From Minisyncoccota bacterium (GTDB lineage Bacteria; Patescibacteriota; Minisyncoccia; JAHIHE01; JAGLIN01), in the NCBI GenBank assembly GCA_041661265.1, contig JBAZUT010000008.1, positions 1,134 to 65,133 on the forward strand: a stretch of DNA of 64,000 bases. Reading direction: 5' to 3'. Within the stretch, counting starts at the first letter, position 1. Every line of letters starts with the position of its first letter. The notes under the pieces were generated by a model that saw only the letters and a program-made list of their open reading frames with translations, did no database searches and was not told where the DNA came from. Shown piece after piece: positions 46,482 to 57,645 of this stretch. The position numbers and the translations under genes were made by a program.

Positions 46482-47525
46482 ATGAATAAGCCGAAAATAG
46501 CGGTCGTTATCATAAATTGGAATGGTATTGTCCTATTGGAAGAATGTTTATGTTCGGTTGAGAACCAGATCTATGGCAATAGCAAGATAATATTTGTCGA
46601 CAATGGATCTTCGGATGGATCAGCGGGATTTGTGAGGGGAAGATTTCCAAAGGTGGATATTATTCAGTTAGACAAGAATACCGGTTTTGCAAAGGCGAAT
46701 AATGTCGGTATCCATAGGGCCCTTGAGGACAAAGAAGTGGAGTATGTGGCATTGTTAAATAACGATGCCGTTGCGGAAAAGTCCTGGTTGGGCAAAATGC
46801 TGGAAGTCGCTGAACAAAATGATAGAATAGGTTCAGTTGCTCCCAAAATACTCAAATATTACCATAAAAATGAATTTGACTGTTTTGGCATAAAAATACG
46901 CATTATTGGAAGCGGTATGAATAACCTGTTGAATATGAAGGATGATGGAAGCTATGATAGGTCATATGAGGTATTCGGGACAAGCGGCTGTTCTTGCTTA
47001 TATAAAAGGAAGATGCTTGAAGATATCGTGATCGAAGATGAGTATTTTGATAATGATTTTTTTGCCTATTGTGAAGACATAGATCTGGATTGGAGGATGA
47101 GGCTTAGGGGATGGAAAAGCTTCACGGCTCCCGGATCGGTCGTGTTTCATAAGGGCTCGGCGACGTGCCAAACTTATTCCTATTTCAAGGCATTTCATTC
47201 GCATCGAAATCGTTTGTTCGTGATGTTGAAAAACTATCCCCTATTCTTTTTGGCGAGAGGGATGGCTGTATTTATATTCAGTTATCTGCATTATTTTAAA
47301 AGCATATTCAGAAACAAGGGTTATTCCGCCAGAACGAAGGAAAAAATAGGATATTTAAATACGGCAAAGTTCATAATCTTGGGATGGTCCAGCTATTTCT
47401 CACATTTCTTTAAGATGTTAAAGAAGAGGAGAATAATACAGAAGATGAGGATAGCGAGTGATCGGGATGTGTCGGAATGGTTTACATTGCTTGGTGAGGC
47501 CGATAATGTATCGGAGGCTGAATAA
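46482..47525 (+). CDS. GT2 glycosyltransferase (rhamnosyltransferase-like)
   Basis: INWNG, VDNGSSDGS, NTGFA.ANN.G, LLNNDA, FFAYCEDIDL. Confidence 0.9.
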   Translation: MNKPKIAVVIINWNGIVLLEECLCSVENQIYGNSKIIFVDNGSSDGSAGFVRGRFPKVDIIQLDKNTGFAKANNVGIHRALEDKEVEYVALLNNDAVAEKSWLGKMLEVAEQNDRIGSVAPKILKYYHKNEFDCFGIKIRIIGSGMNNLLNMKDDGSYDRSYEVFGTSGCSCLYKRKMLEDIVIEDEYFDNDFFAYCEDIDLDWRMRLRGWKSFTAPGSVVFHKGSATCQTYSYFKAFHSHRNRLFVMLKNYPLFFLARGMAVFIFSYLHYFKSIFRNKGYSARTKEKIGYLNTAKFIILGWSSYFSHFFKMLKKRRIIQKMRIASDRDVSEWFTLLGEADNVSEAE

Positions 47526-47598
47526 GCCTGCGACAGAATGGCAATGGGATGATCTTCGGCATAATATGGATTTTATTATAAGCAAATATATAACACAA

Positions 47599-48579
47599 AT
47601 GCTCAATAATCTTATCAATAAATATGATGCCGTGTTGCTGTGCAACGCAGTAAGGGAGGGAAAATTAGGGAGAGTTTTATCCAAATTGACAGGCAGCAAG
47701 CAGACAAAGATAGCCGATTCCTGGAGGCATATAAAGAAACCGCCTACTAATTGGTATGACATACCGGCGGTGAATGAGCATTGGAATCTTCTGATCTCCG
47801 GAAGAGCAGATATTGATTATAATGAATATATCTCGCGAAAGTATTTTTCGGACCGTAAAGACATGAAAGCGTTATCTCTTGGTTGCGGAACCGGACATAG
47901 AGAGCTAAGGTGGGCAGGGTTGGGTAATTTTGAAAAGATAGATGCATACGATCTCTCAATAAATAGGATAGAATATGCGAAAAAAAAAGCCGAGGAGGCG
48001 GGATACGAAAATATTATTAATTATCAGGTCGGAGATATCTATGGACTGGAAAAATTAGATAATCAGTACGATGTCATCTTGATGGAACAGTCATTACATC
48101 ACTTTTCTCCGCTAAGAAATATATTGCTTAAAATGGATAATTTTCTCAAGCCACACGGATTTGCTGTCATCAATGAATTTGTTGGTCCGACGAGATTTCA
48201 ATGGACAGATAGGCAGCTGGATATAATAAATGGTTTACTGTCGGTTCTGCCCGTCAAATACAAGAAAAAACTAAGTGGTGGCATAAAGAATAGGGTTTAC
48301 AGGCCGAGCAAGTTAAATTTGATCTTAAGTGATCCGTCAGAGGCTGTTGAATCATCGAATATAATTCCTTTGTTGAAAGATGTTTTTAACGTCATGGAGA
48401 TTAAAGAATATGGCGGGACTATCCTGATGATGCTACTTAGTGAAATCGGCCATAATTTTCTGTCGGGTGACAAGGAAACAAGGGATTTATTGGATCTCTG
48501 CTTCAATGTTGAAGATGTTTTAATCAAACACAAGGAGATTCAAAGTGATTTTGTCGTTGCTGTGTGCAGAAAAGAATGA
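47599..48579 (+). CDS. Class I SAM-dependent methyltransferase (start uncertain)
   Basis: LSLGCGTG, SLHH, EFVGP.RFQW, DPSEAV.S. Confidence 0.85.
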   Translation: MLNNLINKYDAVLLCNAVREGKLGRVLSKLTGSKQTKIADSWRHIKKPPTNWYDIPAVNEHWNLLISGRADIDYNEYISRKYFSDRKDMKALSLGCGTGHRELRWAGLGNFEKIDAYDLSINRIEYAKKKAEEAGYENIINYQVGDIYGLEKLDNQYDVILMEQSLHHFSPLRNILLKMDNFLKPHGFAVINEFVGPTRFQWTDRQLDIINGLLSVLPVKYKKKLSGGIKNRVYRPSKLNLILSDPSEAVESSNIIPLLKDVFNVMEIKEYGGTILMMLLSEIGHNFLSGDKETRDLLDLCFNVEDVLIKHKEIQSDFVVAVCRKE

Positions 48580-48896
48580 CTATTTCGGGATAATATAAGC
48601 GGGAAGGTTTCCGGGAGGAGGTTTGGTTTATTGTATGGAAAAACAGGATTATTGCTTAGTTCTGACGAATCAGATAGTATGCTGCCAATATGATGTCGAT
48701 TTGATAACTATATTCCGTTGTTTCGGTCTATGAGGACTCGCAGGTTAACCGCAAGGATGGCCTGAATTTTTTACATTAGGTATTGTATTTGACAATAGAT
48801 GTTGTATTATCTTTATGCTATAATGGAATATGTGGATTTGGGTAAACTGAATAGTCAAGGGATTTGAGCGATAAAATGCTATAATAGTAAGATATA

Positions 48897-49823
48897 ATGA
48901 TACACGAAAACAGAATTACGGTAAGTGTAATAATACCTACATATAACAGGGCTAGTTTGCTGAAAAGATCGATCGATAGCGTTCTAAGCCAGACATTCGG
49001 AGATTTTGAAGTGATCATTGTTGATGATGGATCTACGGACGATACGGAAGAGGTGGTGTGCGGGGTCAGGGATCCGAGGATTAAATATATAAAGTATAAT
49101 GAAAATAGGGGTGCTACGGCTGCCAGAAATGTCGGGATTAGGGCAGCCAGAGGTGAATTTATTGCTTTTCAGGACAGTGATGACGAGTGGCTCCCTGAAA
49201 AGTTGGAAAAACAAATGAATGTCTTCAAAAAAGCCGCTCGGGATGTGGGCGTGGTTTATGTAGGTTTCTGGAAGTTAAAAAATGGCAGAAAAATATACAT
49301 TCCGGCTAAGGCCGTAAAGAAGAGACAAGGCGCCATATACGAAGAGCTGATCAAAAGAAACTTCGTTTCGACTCAGACGATCCTGGTGAGAAGCGAATGT
49401 TTCGCAAAAACCGGGTTGTTTGATGAAAAATTGTCCAGGCTTCAGGACTGGGACATTGTACTAAGGCTTTCAAGGTATTATAAGTTTTGTTTTATCGAAG
49501 AACCTTTAGTGTTGCAACACTATACTCCCGGAAGCATATCGGACAATTCCGGTGCGCTTATGGAGTCAATTGAACTGATAATAGATAAAAATAGGGAATA
49601 TTTATATAAACACAAAAAAATACTGTCGAGGCATTATTTCCGGATGGGTAGTGAATTGTGTTCGGATGGAAGGATCAAGGATGGAAGGAGCTATCTTATC
49701 AAGTCGATCAGGCATAACATTTTAAATATTCCAGCACTGTTATTTTTCACATTGTCCGGGGCAGGATTCGGTAAAAACAATTTCAAAAGACTGGATGAAT
49801 TGATAACGTATTTGACGAATTAA
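48897..49823 (+). CDS. GT2 glycosyltransferase
   Basis: VIIPTYNRA, VDDGSTD, ARNVG, FQDSDDEW. Confidence 0.92.
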   Translation: MIHENRITVSVIIPTYNRASLLKRSIDSVLSQTFGDFEVIIVDDGSTDDTEEVVCGVRDPRIKYIKYNENRGATAARNVGIRAARGEFIAFQDSDDEWLPEKLEKQMNVFKKAARDVGVVYVGFWKLKNGRKIYIPAKAVKKRQGAIYEELIKRNFVSTQTILVRSECFAKTGLFDEKLSRLQDWDIVLRLSRYYKFCFIEEPLVLQHYTPGSISDNSGALMESIELIIDKNREYLYKHKKILSRHYFRMGSELCSDGRIKDGRSYLIKSIRHNILNIPALLFFTLSGAGFGKNNFKRLDELITYLTN

Positions 49824-49964
49824 GCTTAGTTTGATGAGAGTTTTACTGAATATCTAAAAATGCCGTTGGAAATATATATAGTCAGCCGAAAGGTTTAGAC
49901 TGGACCGGTCATCAGCAGGTTGGAAGAAGTAAGTATTCCGGTAATTAGTATTATATTTGTAAAT

Positions 49965-51110
49965 ATGAGAAAAAACTTCTTGGTATTTGGAAATCCGATA
50001 ATTGAGGAGGGGGAAATAAGCGAAGTAGTTGATTCCCTCAGGGCCGGCTGGCCTGGTACTGGACCGAAAGTGAAGAAGTTCGAAGATATGTTCAAAGACT
50101 ACAAAGGAAGAAAATTCGCACTGGCTCTAAATTCCTGCACGGCATCTCTGCATTTATCTCTTTTGGCCATCGGAATACGTTCCGGAGACGAGGTAATTGT
50201 TCCTGCCATGACATTTACGGCAACGGCCAGCACTGTAATTCATGCGGGCGGGAAGCCGGTTTTTGCAGATTGCGAGAAGGATACGATGAATATCGATCCT
50301 TTGGACATAGAAAAAAAAATAACTGCAAGAACGAAAGCGATAGTTCCTGTTCATTTTGCCGGGCGTGCATGTAATATGGACGCTATAATGGATATTGCAC
50401 AGCGTCATGGGTTGAAAGTGATAGAAGATTGCGCACATGCGATCGAAACCGAATATAAAGGCCGAAAAGCCGGAACTTTCGGGGATTTGGGATGTTTCAG
50501 CTTCTATGTGACCAAGAATATAATTACCGGTGAAGGGGGGATGGCGATCACTGATAACGAAGAATATGGGGATAAGATAAAAATGCTCGGACTTCATGGA
50601 ATGAGCAAGGATGCATGGAAGAGATTCGGCAGTTCCGGATATAAGCACTATGAAGTATTGTATCCGGGGTATAAATATAATATGATGGATATTCAGGCAG
50701 CACTGGGGATCCATCAATTGCCCAGGGTGGATAGATATTGGCTCCGTCGCCAAGAGATTTGGAATCAGTACAATGAGGCACTTAAAGATCTGCCCGTTTT
50801 CATCCCTGCTCCCATTGAAGAAAATACAAGGCATGCATATCATCTATATACATTGCTGATAGATATTGATAAGATCAAAATCAGCAGAGATGAATTATTA
50901 GACAAAATGACAGCAAGGAACATCGGCGTAGGGGTTCATTATATTGCCTTGCACCTGCATCCGTATTATAAGGAAGAGTTCGGATATGAAAAGGGAGATT
51001 TTCCAAATGCAGAATGGATCTCTGAAAGAACGGTTTCATTGCCGTTATCTGCGAAGCTGACGGATAAAGATGTGAAGGATGTAATCGAGGCAGTTAGAGA
51101 TATTTTGTAA
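49965..51110 (+). CDS. DegT/DnrJ/EryC1/StrS sugar aminotransferase
   Basis: NSCTASLH, PVHFAG, IEDCAHA, FSFYVTKN.ITGEGG, GYKYNM.D.QAA.G. Confidence 0.93.
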   Translation: MRKNFLVFGNPIIEEGEISEVVDSLRAGWPGTGPKVKKFEDMFKDYKGRKFALALNSCTASLHLSLLAIGIRSGDEVIVPAMTFTATASTVIHAGGKPVFADCEKDTMNIDPLDIEKKITARTKAIVPVHFAGRACNMDAIMDIAQRHGLKVIEDCAHAIETEYKGRKAGTFGDLGCFSFYVTKNIITGEGGMAITDNEEYGDKIKMLGLHGMSKDAWKRFGSSGYKHYEVLYPGYKYNMMDIQAALGIHQLPRVDRYWLRRQEIWNQYNEALKDLPVFIPAPIEENTRHAYHLYTLLIDIDKIKISRDELLDKMTARNIGVGVHYIALHLHPYYKEEFGYEKGDFPNAEWISERTVSLPLSAKLTDKDVKDVIEAVRDIL

Positions 51111-51116
51111 CAAAAT

Positions 51117-51908
51117 ATGAATAAAATAAAGAAATTTTGGGATAATAGGGTTGACAAGTATGGGCACACCGGCTGGAGCGATAGCTCTATCTATGCATAC
51201 GATCAACAGGCTCGTCTTATGGCTGTCGAAAAGATATTACAGCTTATGGCGCTAAACGGATCAATTGCTTTGGACTTTGGAACTGGTGTGGGAGATTTTG
51301 CTGATCTGTTGTCAAGATATTTCAACAAAGTAGTTGCTTTTGATGTTTCCGAAAGTGTAATTGTCAAAGCGAAGAAAAGATACGGCAGAGTTAAGAATAT
51401 TCAATTTTTTTCCGGCGGTTCCATTGAGAATGTGCCAGTGTCAAACAAGGCGTTGGATCTTGTTTTATCCGTAACGGTGCTTGATCATATTATCGATGAT
51501 TCCGAGCTGGCAAGAACAATAAAGCATTTCCAGGGTATATTAAAAGACAACGGCACTCTTATTATATTCGAATATGCGCTGGACCATAAGAAGCAGAAGA
51601 CGCAATATCAAAGATTTATGGAACTGGAAGAATGGCGCTCGATGTTTTTGGAAAGTGGATTCAGCTTAAATAAATATTATAACTTTTATCATCCGATAGA
51701 GCATCCCTGTGACAGTTATCTGTCCTATAGAAACAGCTTTTTGGTAAAAGCACTGAACATGTTCTCGAAATATACCGCTTCTCATTTGGCAAGCGGATAT
51801 CTAAATGAATTAGCGCGTAGATACTTGAAAGGAAAGCGAGACTTTTTGATAGAGGATAATAAAGAGAGTTCTCCGATTAAAATAATGATATTTAAAAGAA
51901 ATTGCTGA
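51117..51908 (+). CDS. Class I SAM-dependent methyltransferase
   Basis: LDFGTGVG, VTVLDH. Confidence 0.82.
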   Translation: MNKIKKFWDNRVDKYGHTGWSDSSIYAYDQQARLMAVEKILQLMALNGSIALDFGTGVGDFADLLSRYFNKVVAFDVSESVIVKAKKRYGRVKNIQFFSGGSIENVPVSNKALDLVLSVTVLDHIIDDSELARTIKHFQGILKDNGTLIIFEYALDHKKQKTQYQRFMELEEWRSMFLESGFSLNKYYNFYHPIEHPCDSYLSYRNSFLVKALNMFSKYTASHLASGYLNELARRYLKGKRDFLIEDNKESSPIKIMIFKRNC

Positions 51909-52020
51909 TTTTTACCGCGCAGTGTAAATTTCGGGGGTTTGCCCGGGGCAGTTAATTTGAATTCCGATGATGCATTCATAATGAGCGGCAAAGTGATTAC
52001 TAACTTGATAAATTGTTTAT

Positions 52021-52674
52021 ATGATAGGAGATAATGTGCCAGAAAAAGATTATTTCATTAAATGGTATGGAGGAAGGAATTGGGATCGATATCGCGATCT
52101 GGTGGCAGGATGCATAAAATATGGCGCTCCCGGGAAGTGGCTTGATGTAGGGTGCGGCACAGGTTATTTTGTCGAATGTGCCGGAAAATTTGGGATCGAT
52201 TGTGTCGGGATAGATGGATCGGCCGATGCTGTAAATATTGCTAAAGCGCGGTGTTCCAGTCTGGACATCAGACAGCATTTTTTGGAAAACAAATTACCTT
52301 TCGAAGATGATTCTATGTCGACTATAATGTGTAATCAAGTAATAGAACATCTTTCGCTCGAAGCTGCAGATCATATGCTTTCGGAATGTCATAGAATTCT
52401 GAAGCCTCATGGGGTGATATTTATCAATTCTCCCTGTAAATATAATACAAGAGAAAGATATTCTGATGAAACTCATATAAATCTGTACACTCCCGGTTCG
52501 CTGAAGATGAAGCTTGAAAAAGCGGGTTTTAGGACAGTCGCATCGCTCAATAGTCCCATGAAGATTCTTGGTACAAACAGAATATCAAAAAATATAATTT
52601 ATCTGTTATTTAAACTGTTTCCGATCGATCACTTGTCGGCTTCGGCAAATTGTATCGCTGTTAAAGATAAGTGA
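52021..52674 (+). CDS. Class I SAM-dependent methyltransferase
   Basis: LDVGCGTG, LPFED, QVIEH. Confidence 0.88.
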   Translation: MIGDNVPEKDYFIKWYGGRNWDRYRDLVAGCIKYGAPGKWLDVGCGTGYFVECAGKFGIDCVGIDGSADAVNIAKARCSSLDIRQHFLENKLPFEDDSMSTIMCNQVIEHLSLEAADHMLSECHRILKPHGVIFINSPCKYNTRERYSDETHINLYTPGSLKMKLEKAGFRTVASLNSPMKILGTNRISKNIIYLLFKLFPIDHLSASANCIAVKDK

Positions 52675-52759
52675 GGACATCAGATGGGGCTGGTTGGTGT
52701 GCGGCCGGCAGGCAAGAAGCGTTATTGTTTACTGTGTCTTTCGCGCAATTAATGGATCT

Positions 52760-53004
52760 TCTCGTTTACAAAACATTTGTTCCCGGTTTAGAAGGTGCCA
52801 TATCGAAATATTCAATTGGCAAGTTTTCAGATATCGGGTGCGGCGATAAACTGCATGAAAGCATCGTTATATCCTGTGTCGATGAATATCGGCTTTTATC
52901 ACAAAGATATGTTTCGCAACAAGTCAAAAATTGATTTGATTGGGGATGACTATTCTTTTCCTGCAGATGATAGTTGTTTCGATACTATTCTTTGTACTGC
53001 ATAG
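52760..53004 (+). pseudogene. Frameshifted, truncated methyltransferase remnant
   Basis: DIGCGDK in one frame and IDLIGD..SFP.DDSCFDTILCT in another, then a stop. Confidence 0.55.
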
Positions 53005-53051
53005 ACCATTCAGAAAGCTTTACGCGGTTGGTATTAATTAGTTGAGAATAT

Positions 53052-54518
53052 ATGAATCTAGAAAAAAGGACCATTAGGGGTCTTGGTTGGTCCGGCATTT
53101 CACTGTTTATCCGTTTGTTGTTTAATTTTGTCATAACGGCGATCCTGGCCAGAGTGCTGGTGCCGGGAGATTTTGGAATGTTTGCGATGGTTGTTTCTTT
53201 CACAAATTTCTTTGCAATCTTTTATGACCTTGGATTAACTGCAGCGTTAGTACAATATAAAGAACCCATGGAAGAGCATTTTTCCTCAGTGTTCTGGTTA
53301 AATATTTTGGCCGGTTTTATTTTAATGCTGGTGGTAATGTTGTTGGCCTCGACAATTGCCGGTTTCTATGGGGAGAGCAGGGTCATATCCGTTGTTCTGG
53401 TGTTGGCCTCGATATTCTTCATCTCTTCTTTTGGCATGGTTCAATCCGCCATATTCACAAGGCAGCTTGATTTCAAGTCTCTGGCCATAATTGAAATACT
53501 GGCAGTTTTTATTTCCGGTGTAATCGCCATAGCATTAGCTTTTTATGGGTTTGGGGTTTGGAGCCTTGTCTGGCAGCAAGTCATTCTTAGTTTCATTGCA
53601 ACGGTCTTTCTTTGGGTGTTTTCAAAATGGAGGCCTAAACTATTGTTCGAATGGCAGCGGATAAAGGAGTTGTTAGGTTTCGGTCTAAACCTCACCGGTT
53701 TCAGTTTGCTGAATTATTTTAACCGTAATTTTGATAATATTTTTATTGGAAAAACATTAGGACCCGTATCATTGGGATTCTATAATTTGTCTTATAGGCT
53801 GATGCTTTTTCCCTTAAATAACATCTCCCAGGTTATTGGCAGGGTCATGTTCCCCAGTCTTGCATTGATCCAGGGCAATAAAGATAAAATCAGTCTTATG
53901 TATATTAAGGCGACTCGACATATTGCCGCAATAACGTTCCCTTTGATGACGGGCCTTTTTTTGGTGGCGCCTCAGTTTATAAGGATAGTTTTCGGAGATA
54001 AGTGGGAAAGATCTGTTTTGATTCTTCAAATTCTTGCCTTTATCGGATTGATACAGTCAATTGGAACAACTGTGGGGTGGATCTATCAATCACAAGGAAG
54101 GATGGATATTATGTTTCGCTGGGGAAGATATGCTTCGATCATAATCGTAGCTTCTTTTATTGTGGGGGCGCAGTGGGATATAGAGGGAGTGGCTGCTGCC
54201 TATGCAATAGTTTCATTATCTCTGGCACTTCCTAATTTTATTATTCCTTTTAGGTTAATAGATCTAAAATTGTCTTATTTTATCAAGCAATTCAGATCGA
54301 TTTTTCTTTCAGCGATGGGAATGGGATTAATGGTAATATTTTCGAATGTTATAATGATAAAGTTGTCAGTAGAAAATGATATGATCATTTTTCTTACAGA
54401 AGTATTTATTGGCGCTATAAGTTATGCTATCTTCATGTCGATATTTGATAAGCCTTTGTGCAGAGACAGTATTATTTTAATCAGGCAATTGTTATATTTT
54501 ACAGATGCCGGAAAGTAA
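53052..54518 (+). CDS. Polysaccharide flippase (Wzx/WzxC, MOP family)
   Basis: LAR.L.P.DFG, DLGL.AALVQ, FG.WSLV.QQ, LGFYN..Y.L; 12+ TMs. Confidence 0.9.
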   Translation: MNLEKRTIRGLGWSGISLFIRLLFNFVITAILARVLVPGDFGMFAMVVSFTNFFAIFYDLGLTAALVQYKEPMEEHFSSVFWLNILAGFILMLVVMLLASTIAGFYGESRVISVVLVLASIFFISSFGMVQSAIFTRQLDFKSLAIIEILAVFISGVIAIALAFYGFGVWSLVWQQVILSFIATVFLWVFSKWRPKLLFEWQRIKELLGFGLNLTGFSLLNYFNRNFDNIFIGKTLGPVSLGFYNLSYRLMLFPLNNISQVIGRVMFPSLALIQGNKDKISLMYIKATRHIAAITFPLMTGLFLVAPQFIRIVFGDKWERSVLILQILAFIGLIQSIGTTVGWIYQSQGRMDIMFRWGRYASIIIVASFIVGAQWDIEGVAAAYAIVSLSLALPNFIIPFRLIDLKLSYFIKQFRSIFLSAMGMGLMVIFSNVIMIKLSVENDMIIFLTEVFIGAISYAIFMSIFDKPLCRDSIILIRQLLYFTDAGK

Positions 54519-54530
54519 ATCTTAAAAATT

Positions 54531-55724
54531 ATGAAAGTAGTTATTCACTACAAGAACGGTTCTTATCTTGGTATTACTGAAAATTGGATATATAGCCAGA
54601 CAAAGAACCTGAAAAGATATAGGCCAATCGTTTACGCATTATGTTCGGAGAATCTGAATGTCTATCCGACCGAATGCATAAGATCATTTGGGCCTTGCAG
54701 AAAAGGATCTTCAGAGCGCAGAACGCCCCTGATGTTTCTTAACAGAATATTCAATAAAATATTTAGTTTTTATCCGATGTTCTGCTACTATTTAAGAAAA
54801 GATAAGCCCGATCTGATACATGCCCATTTCGGTCCTTCCGGGTATAGTTTTTTAAAACTAAAGGATTATTATCATGTGCCCATGATAACGACTTTTTATG
54901 GCTATGACCTTAGCATGCTCCCCCTGGAGCAGCCCAAGTGGAGAAAGAGATATAAAAAATTATTCGCAGAAGGAGAAAGATTTCTTGTTGAAGGAAGCCA
55001 TATGAGGAATTGTTTGGTGAAGTTGGGCTGTCCCGAAGAAAAAATACGCATCTTCCATCTTGGCGTGGATCTCAAAAAAATTAAATTTGTTGCGAGAGAC
55101 AAATACGCAGAAAACGGGGATATCAAAATTCTTATAGCTGCCAGTTTCAGAGAAAAAAAGGGCATACCTTTCGCAATTGAGGCGGTGGGGAGGGTGGCTA
55201 GGAAGCGGTCCGGGTTAACACTTACTATAATCGGAGATTCGAATGGAAACGACGAGGGAGAGAGGGAAAAGAAGAAGATCATTGAATTGATAGAAAAGTA
55301 TGACCTAAAGAGCAAAGTCAGGATGCTGGGCTATCAGCCGCATGATATTTTTGTGAAGGAGCTTTATGAAAATCATATTTTTATACATCCAAGCGTTCAT
55401 GCTTCTAATGGTGACACCGAAGGAGGATCTCCCGTGTCCATAATAGAAGCTTCTGCTTCCGGGATTCCAATTTTGTCGACTTTTCATTGTGATATACCGG
55501 AAGTAGTCATTGATAATAAGAGCGGTTTTTTGGTTCCGGAAAGAAATGTCGAGGCTTTGGAGGAAAGGTTGGAATTCATGTTGACTAATTGTGATTTATG
55601 GAAGAAAATGGGTTTATGTGGAAGACGGCGTATTGAGGACGAATATGATATGATAAAACAAGCCATAAAATTGGAGGACATATATGACGAATGTGTTAGT
55701 ATGAGATCAAGTTTAAAACAATAA
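54531..55724 (+). CDS. GT4 glycosyltransferase (WcaL-like)
   Basis: IHAHFG, EKKG, PSV.A.NGDTEGG.PV.IIEA.A.G.P. Confidence 0.9.
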   Translation: MKVVIHYKNGSYLGITENWIYSQTKNLKRYRPIVYALCSENLNVYPTECIRSFGPCRKGSSERRTPLMFLNRIFNKIFSFYPMFCYYLRKDKPDLIHAHFGPSGYSFLKLKDYYHVPMITTFYGYDLSMLPLEQPKWRKRYKKLFAEGERFLVEGSHMRNCLVKLGCPEEKIRIFHLGVDLKKIKFVARDKYAENGDIKILIAASFREKKGIPFAIEAVGRVARKRSGLTLTIIGDSNGNDEGEREKKKIIELIEKYDLKSKVRMLGYQPHDIFVKELYENHIFIHPSVHASNGDTEGGSPVSIIEASASGIPILSTFHCDIPEVVIDNKSGFLVPERNVEALEERLEFMLTNCDLWKKMGLCGRRRIEDEYDMIKQAIKLEDIYDECVSMRSSLKQ

Positions 55725-55834
55725 TGCAGTTTTAGGGATAATACCGGAATTGACAGTCAAGGAAATTGCGCAAGGCTATGTGAAAATGATTTAAAATGAG
55801 AATACCGGCGAATTTTATCAATATAAGAAGCATC

Positions 55835-56848
55835 ATGACTAAAATACTTATAACTGGCGGAGCGGGATTTATTGCAAGCAATTTCATTCGTTATATTTTG
55901 GAAAAATATGACGATTATTCTGTTATAAACATAGACAAGTTAACTTATGCAGGAAATCTGTATAATCTGAGAGATGTTGAAAGAGATCCTCGCTATAAGT
56001 TCATAAGGGGAAATATCTGCAATAAAAAAGCGATAGAAGGGATTTTTAAGAGAGAAATGCCGGAACTTGTTGTTAACTTCGCTGCTGCGACTAATGTCGA
56101 CCAATCGATCATTGAACCTGAAGTGTTCACGGAAACGAATGTTTTAGGCGTTCATATTTTACTTGAAGCGGCGAGAAAATTCGGCATAAAGAAATTTTTA
56201 CAAATATCTACCGATGAGGTCTATGGCAGTGCAGACGAACATAAATTCAAAGAAACCGATAACATATCTCCAAATAATCCATACTCATCATCCAAGGCCG
56301 GAGCCGATCTGTTGGCGAGGTCTTATTATAATACCTTTGGATTGCCGGTGGTTGTTACGCGTTCATCCAATAATTTCGGATCATTTCAGTTTCCGGAGAA
56401 ACTAATTCCTTTTTTTATTACAAATCTTCTGGAAAATAAAAAAGTTACATTATACGGAGATGGTTCCAATATACGCGATTGGATCTATGTTTTAGACAAT
56501 TGTATCGGAATAGACATTGTTTTGCACAAAGGAAATGTCGGGGAAGCTTATAATATAGGGGGCGGGAATGAAAAGAGCAATCTGGAGGTTACAAAACTTA
56601 TTTTGCAGGAAACCGGAAAAGACGAATCTTTTATAGAATATGTCAAAGACAGGCCGGGACATGATTTTCGTTACGCCTTGGATACTACAAAGACAAGAAA
56701 ATTAGGATGGGAGCCGAAACATGATTTTGAGGAGGCAATAATTCAAACTGTTAGTTGGTATAGAAATAATGGATCTTGGTGGAAACGGATAAAATCCAAA
56801 AAGCAGTTTAAGAACTATAAGAAACAGCTCAAGGGAATATTGAAATAA
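55835..56848 (+). CDS. rfbB: dTDP-glucose 4,6-dehydratase
   Basis: TGGAGFI, DKLTYAGN, ISTDEVYG, YSSSKA, DRPGHD.RY. Confidence 0.95.
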   Translation: MTKILITGGAGFIASNFIRYILEKYDDYSVINIDKLTYAGNLYNLRDVERDPRYKFIRGNICNKKAIEGIFKREMPELVVNFAAATNVDQSIIEPEVFTETNVLGVHILLEAARKFGIKKFLQISTDEVYGSADEHKFKETDNISPNNPYSSSKAGADLLARSYYNTFGLPVVVTRSSNNFGSFQFPEKLIPFFITNLLENKKVTLYGDGSNIRDWIYVLDNCIGIDIVLHKGNVGEAYNIGGGNEKSNLEVTKLILQETGKDESFIEYVKDRPGHDFRYALDTTKTRKLGWEPKHDFEEAIIQTVSWYRNNGSWWKRIKSKKQFKNYKKQLKGILK

Positions 56849-56885
56849 GCCACAAGAAAGGCTAAACAAACTAATATAAAAGTTC

Positions 56886-57614
56886 ATGAACGTCAGTAAT
56901 GTTTGTGGTCTTATTAAAAACGAGATTCTCAGTGTCTGGTATCGAGGCGCTAACTATGAGTGTCCGTTCTGCAATAAAAAATGCCGTAAATTTTCAGTTG
57001 CCGGAATAGACAAAAGAGCGAATGCGAAATGTCCACTTTGCCAATCGTTGGAGAGGCACAGATTCCTGTGGTTATATTTGAGAAACAAAACGCCTTTTTT
57101 TGAAGAAAGGATAAAAGTGCTCGATGTAGCGCCAACTCCCTTTTTTCAGAAGATGTGCAAAAAACTTCCCAATATGGAATATGTCAGTGCGGATATATCC
57201 TCTCCGATTGCAATGGTAAAAATGGATATAACCGATATCAAATTACCTGACGAGCAATTCGATTGTATTATTTGCTATCATGTCCTGGAGCACATCACTG
57301 AAGACAGCAAGGCCATTGGCGAACTGTTCAGAATTTTGAAACGTGGAGGGTGGGCAATTATACAATCGCCGATTGATCCAAATAGAGAAAAAACATTCGA
57401 AGATCATGCGATAACTGGCTTCAACGATAGGATAAAAAATTTCGGACAGGGAGATCATGTCCGAATCTACGGGTTGGATTATATAAAGAGATTAGAAGAA
57501 GCCGGATTTATCGTAAGGATCGATGATTATTATTGTGAACTACCATCTGACATTTCACAAAAATACGGTCTGCTAAAAGATGAAAAGATATATTTTTGCA
57601 TGAAGAAAAGATAG
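56886..57614 (+). CDS. SAM-dependent methyltransferase with N-terminal Zn-finger
   Basis: CPFC...CPLCQSLERHR, LDVAP, HVLEH, FGQ.DHVR.YG. Confidence 0.85.
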   Translation: MNVSNVCGLIKNEILSVWYRGANYECPFCNKKCRKFSVAGIDKRANAKCPLCQSLERHRFLWLYLRNKTPFFEERIKVLDVAPTPFFQKMCKKLPNMEYVSADISSPIAMVKMDITDIKLPDEQFDCIICYHVLEHITEDSKAIGELFRILKRGGWAIIQSPIDPNREKTFEDHAITGFNDRIKNFGQGDHVRIYGLDYIKRLEEAGFIVRIDDYYCELPSDISQKYGLLKDEKIYFCMKKR

Positions 57615-57645
57615 CTCTCGGCAATTAAACATTTAAGCAATAAAT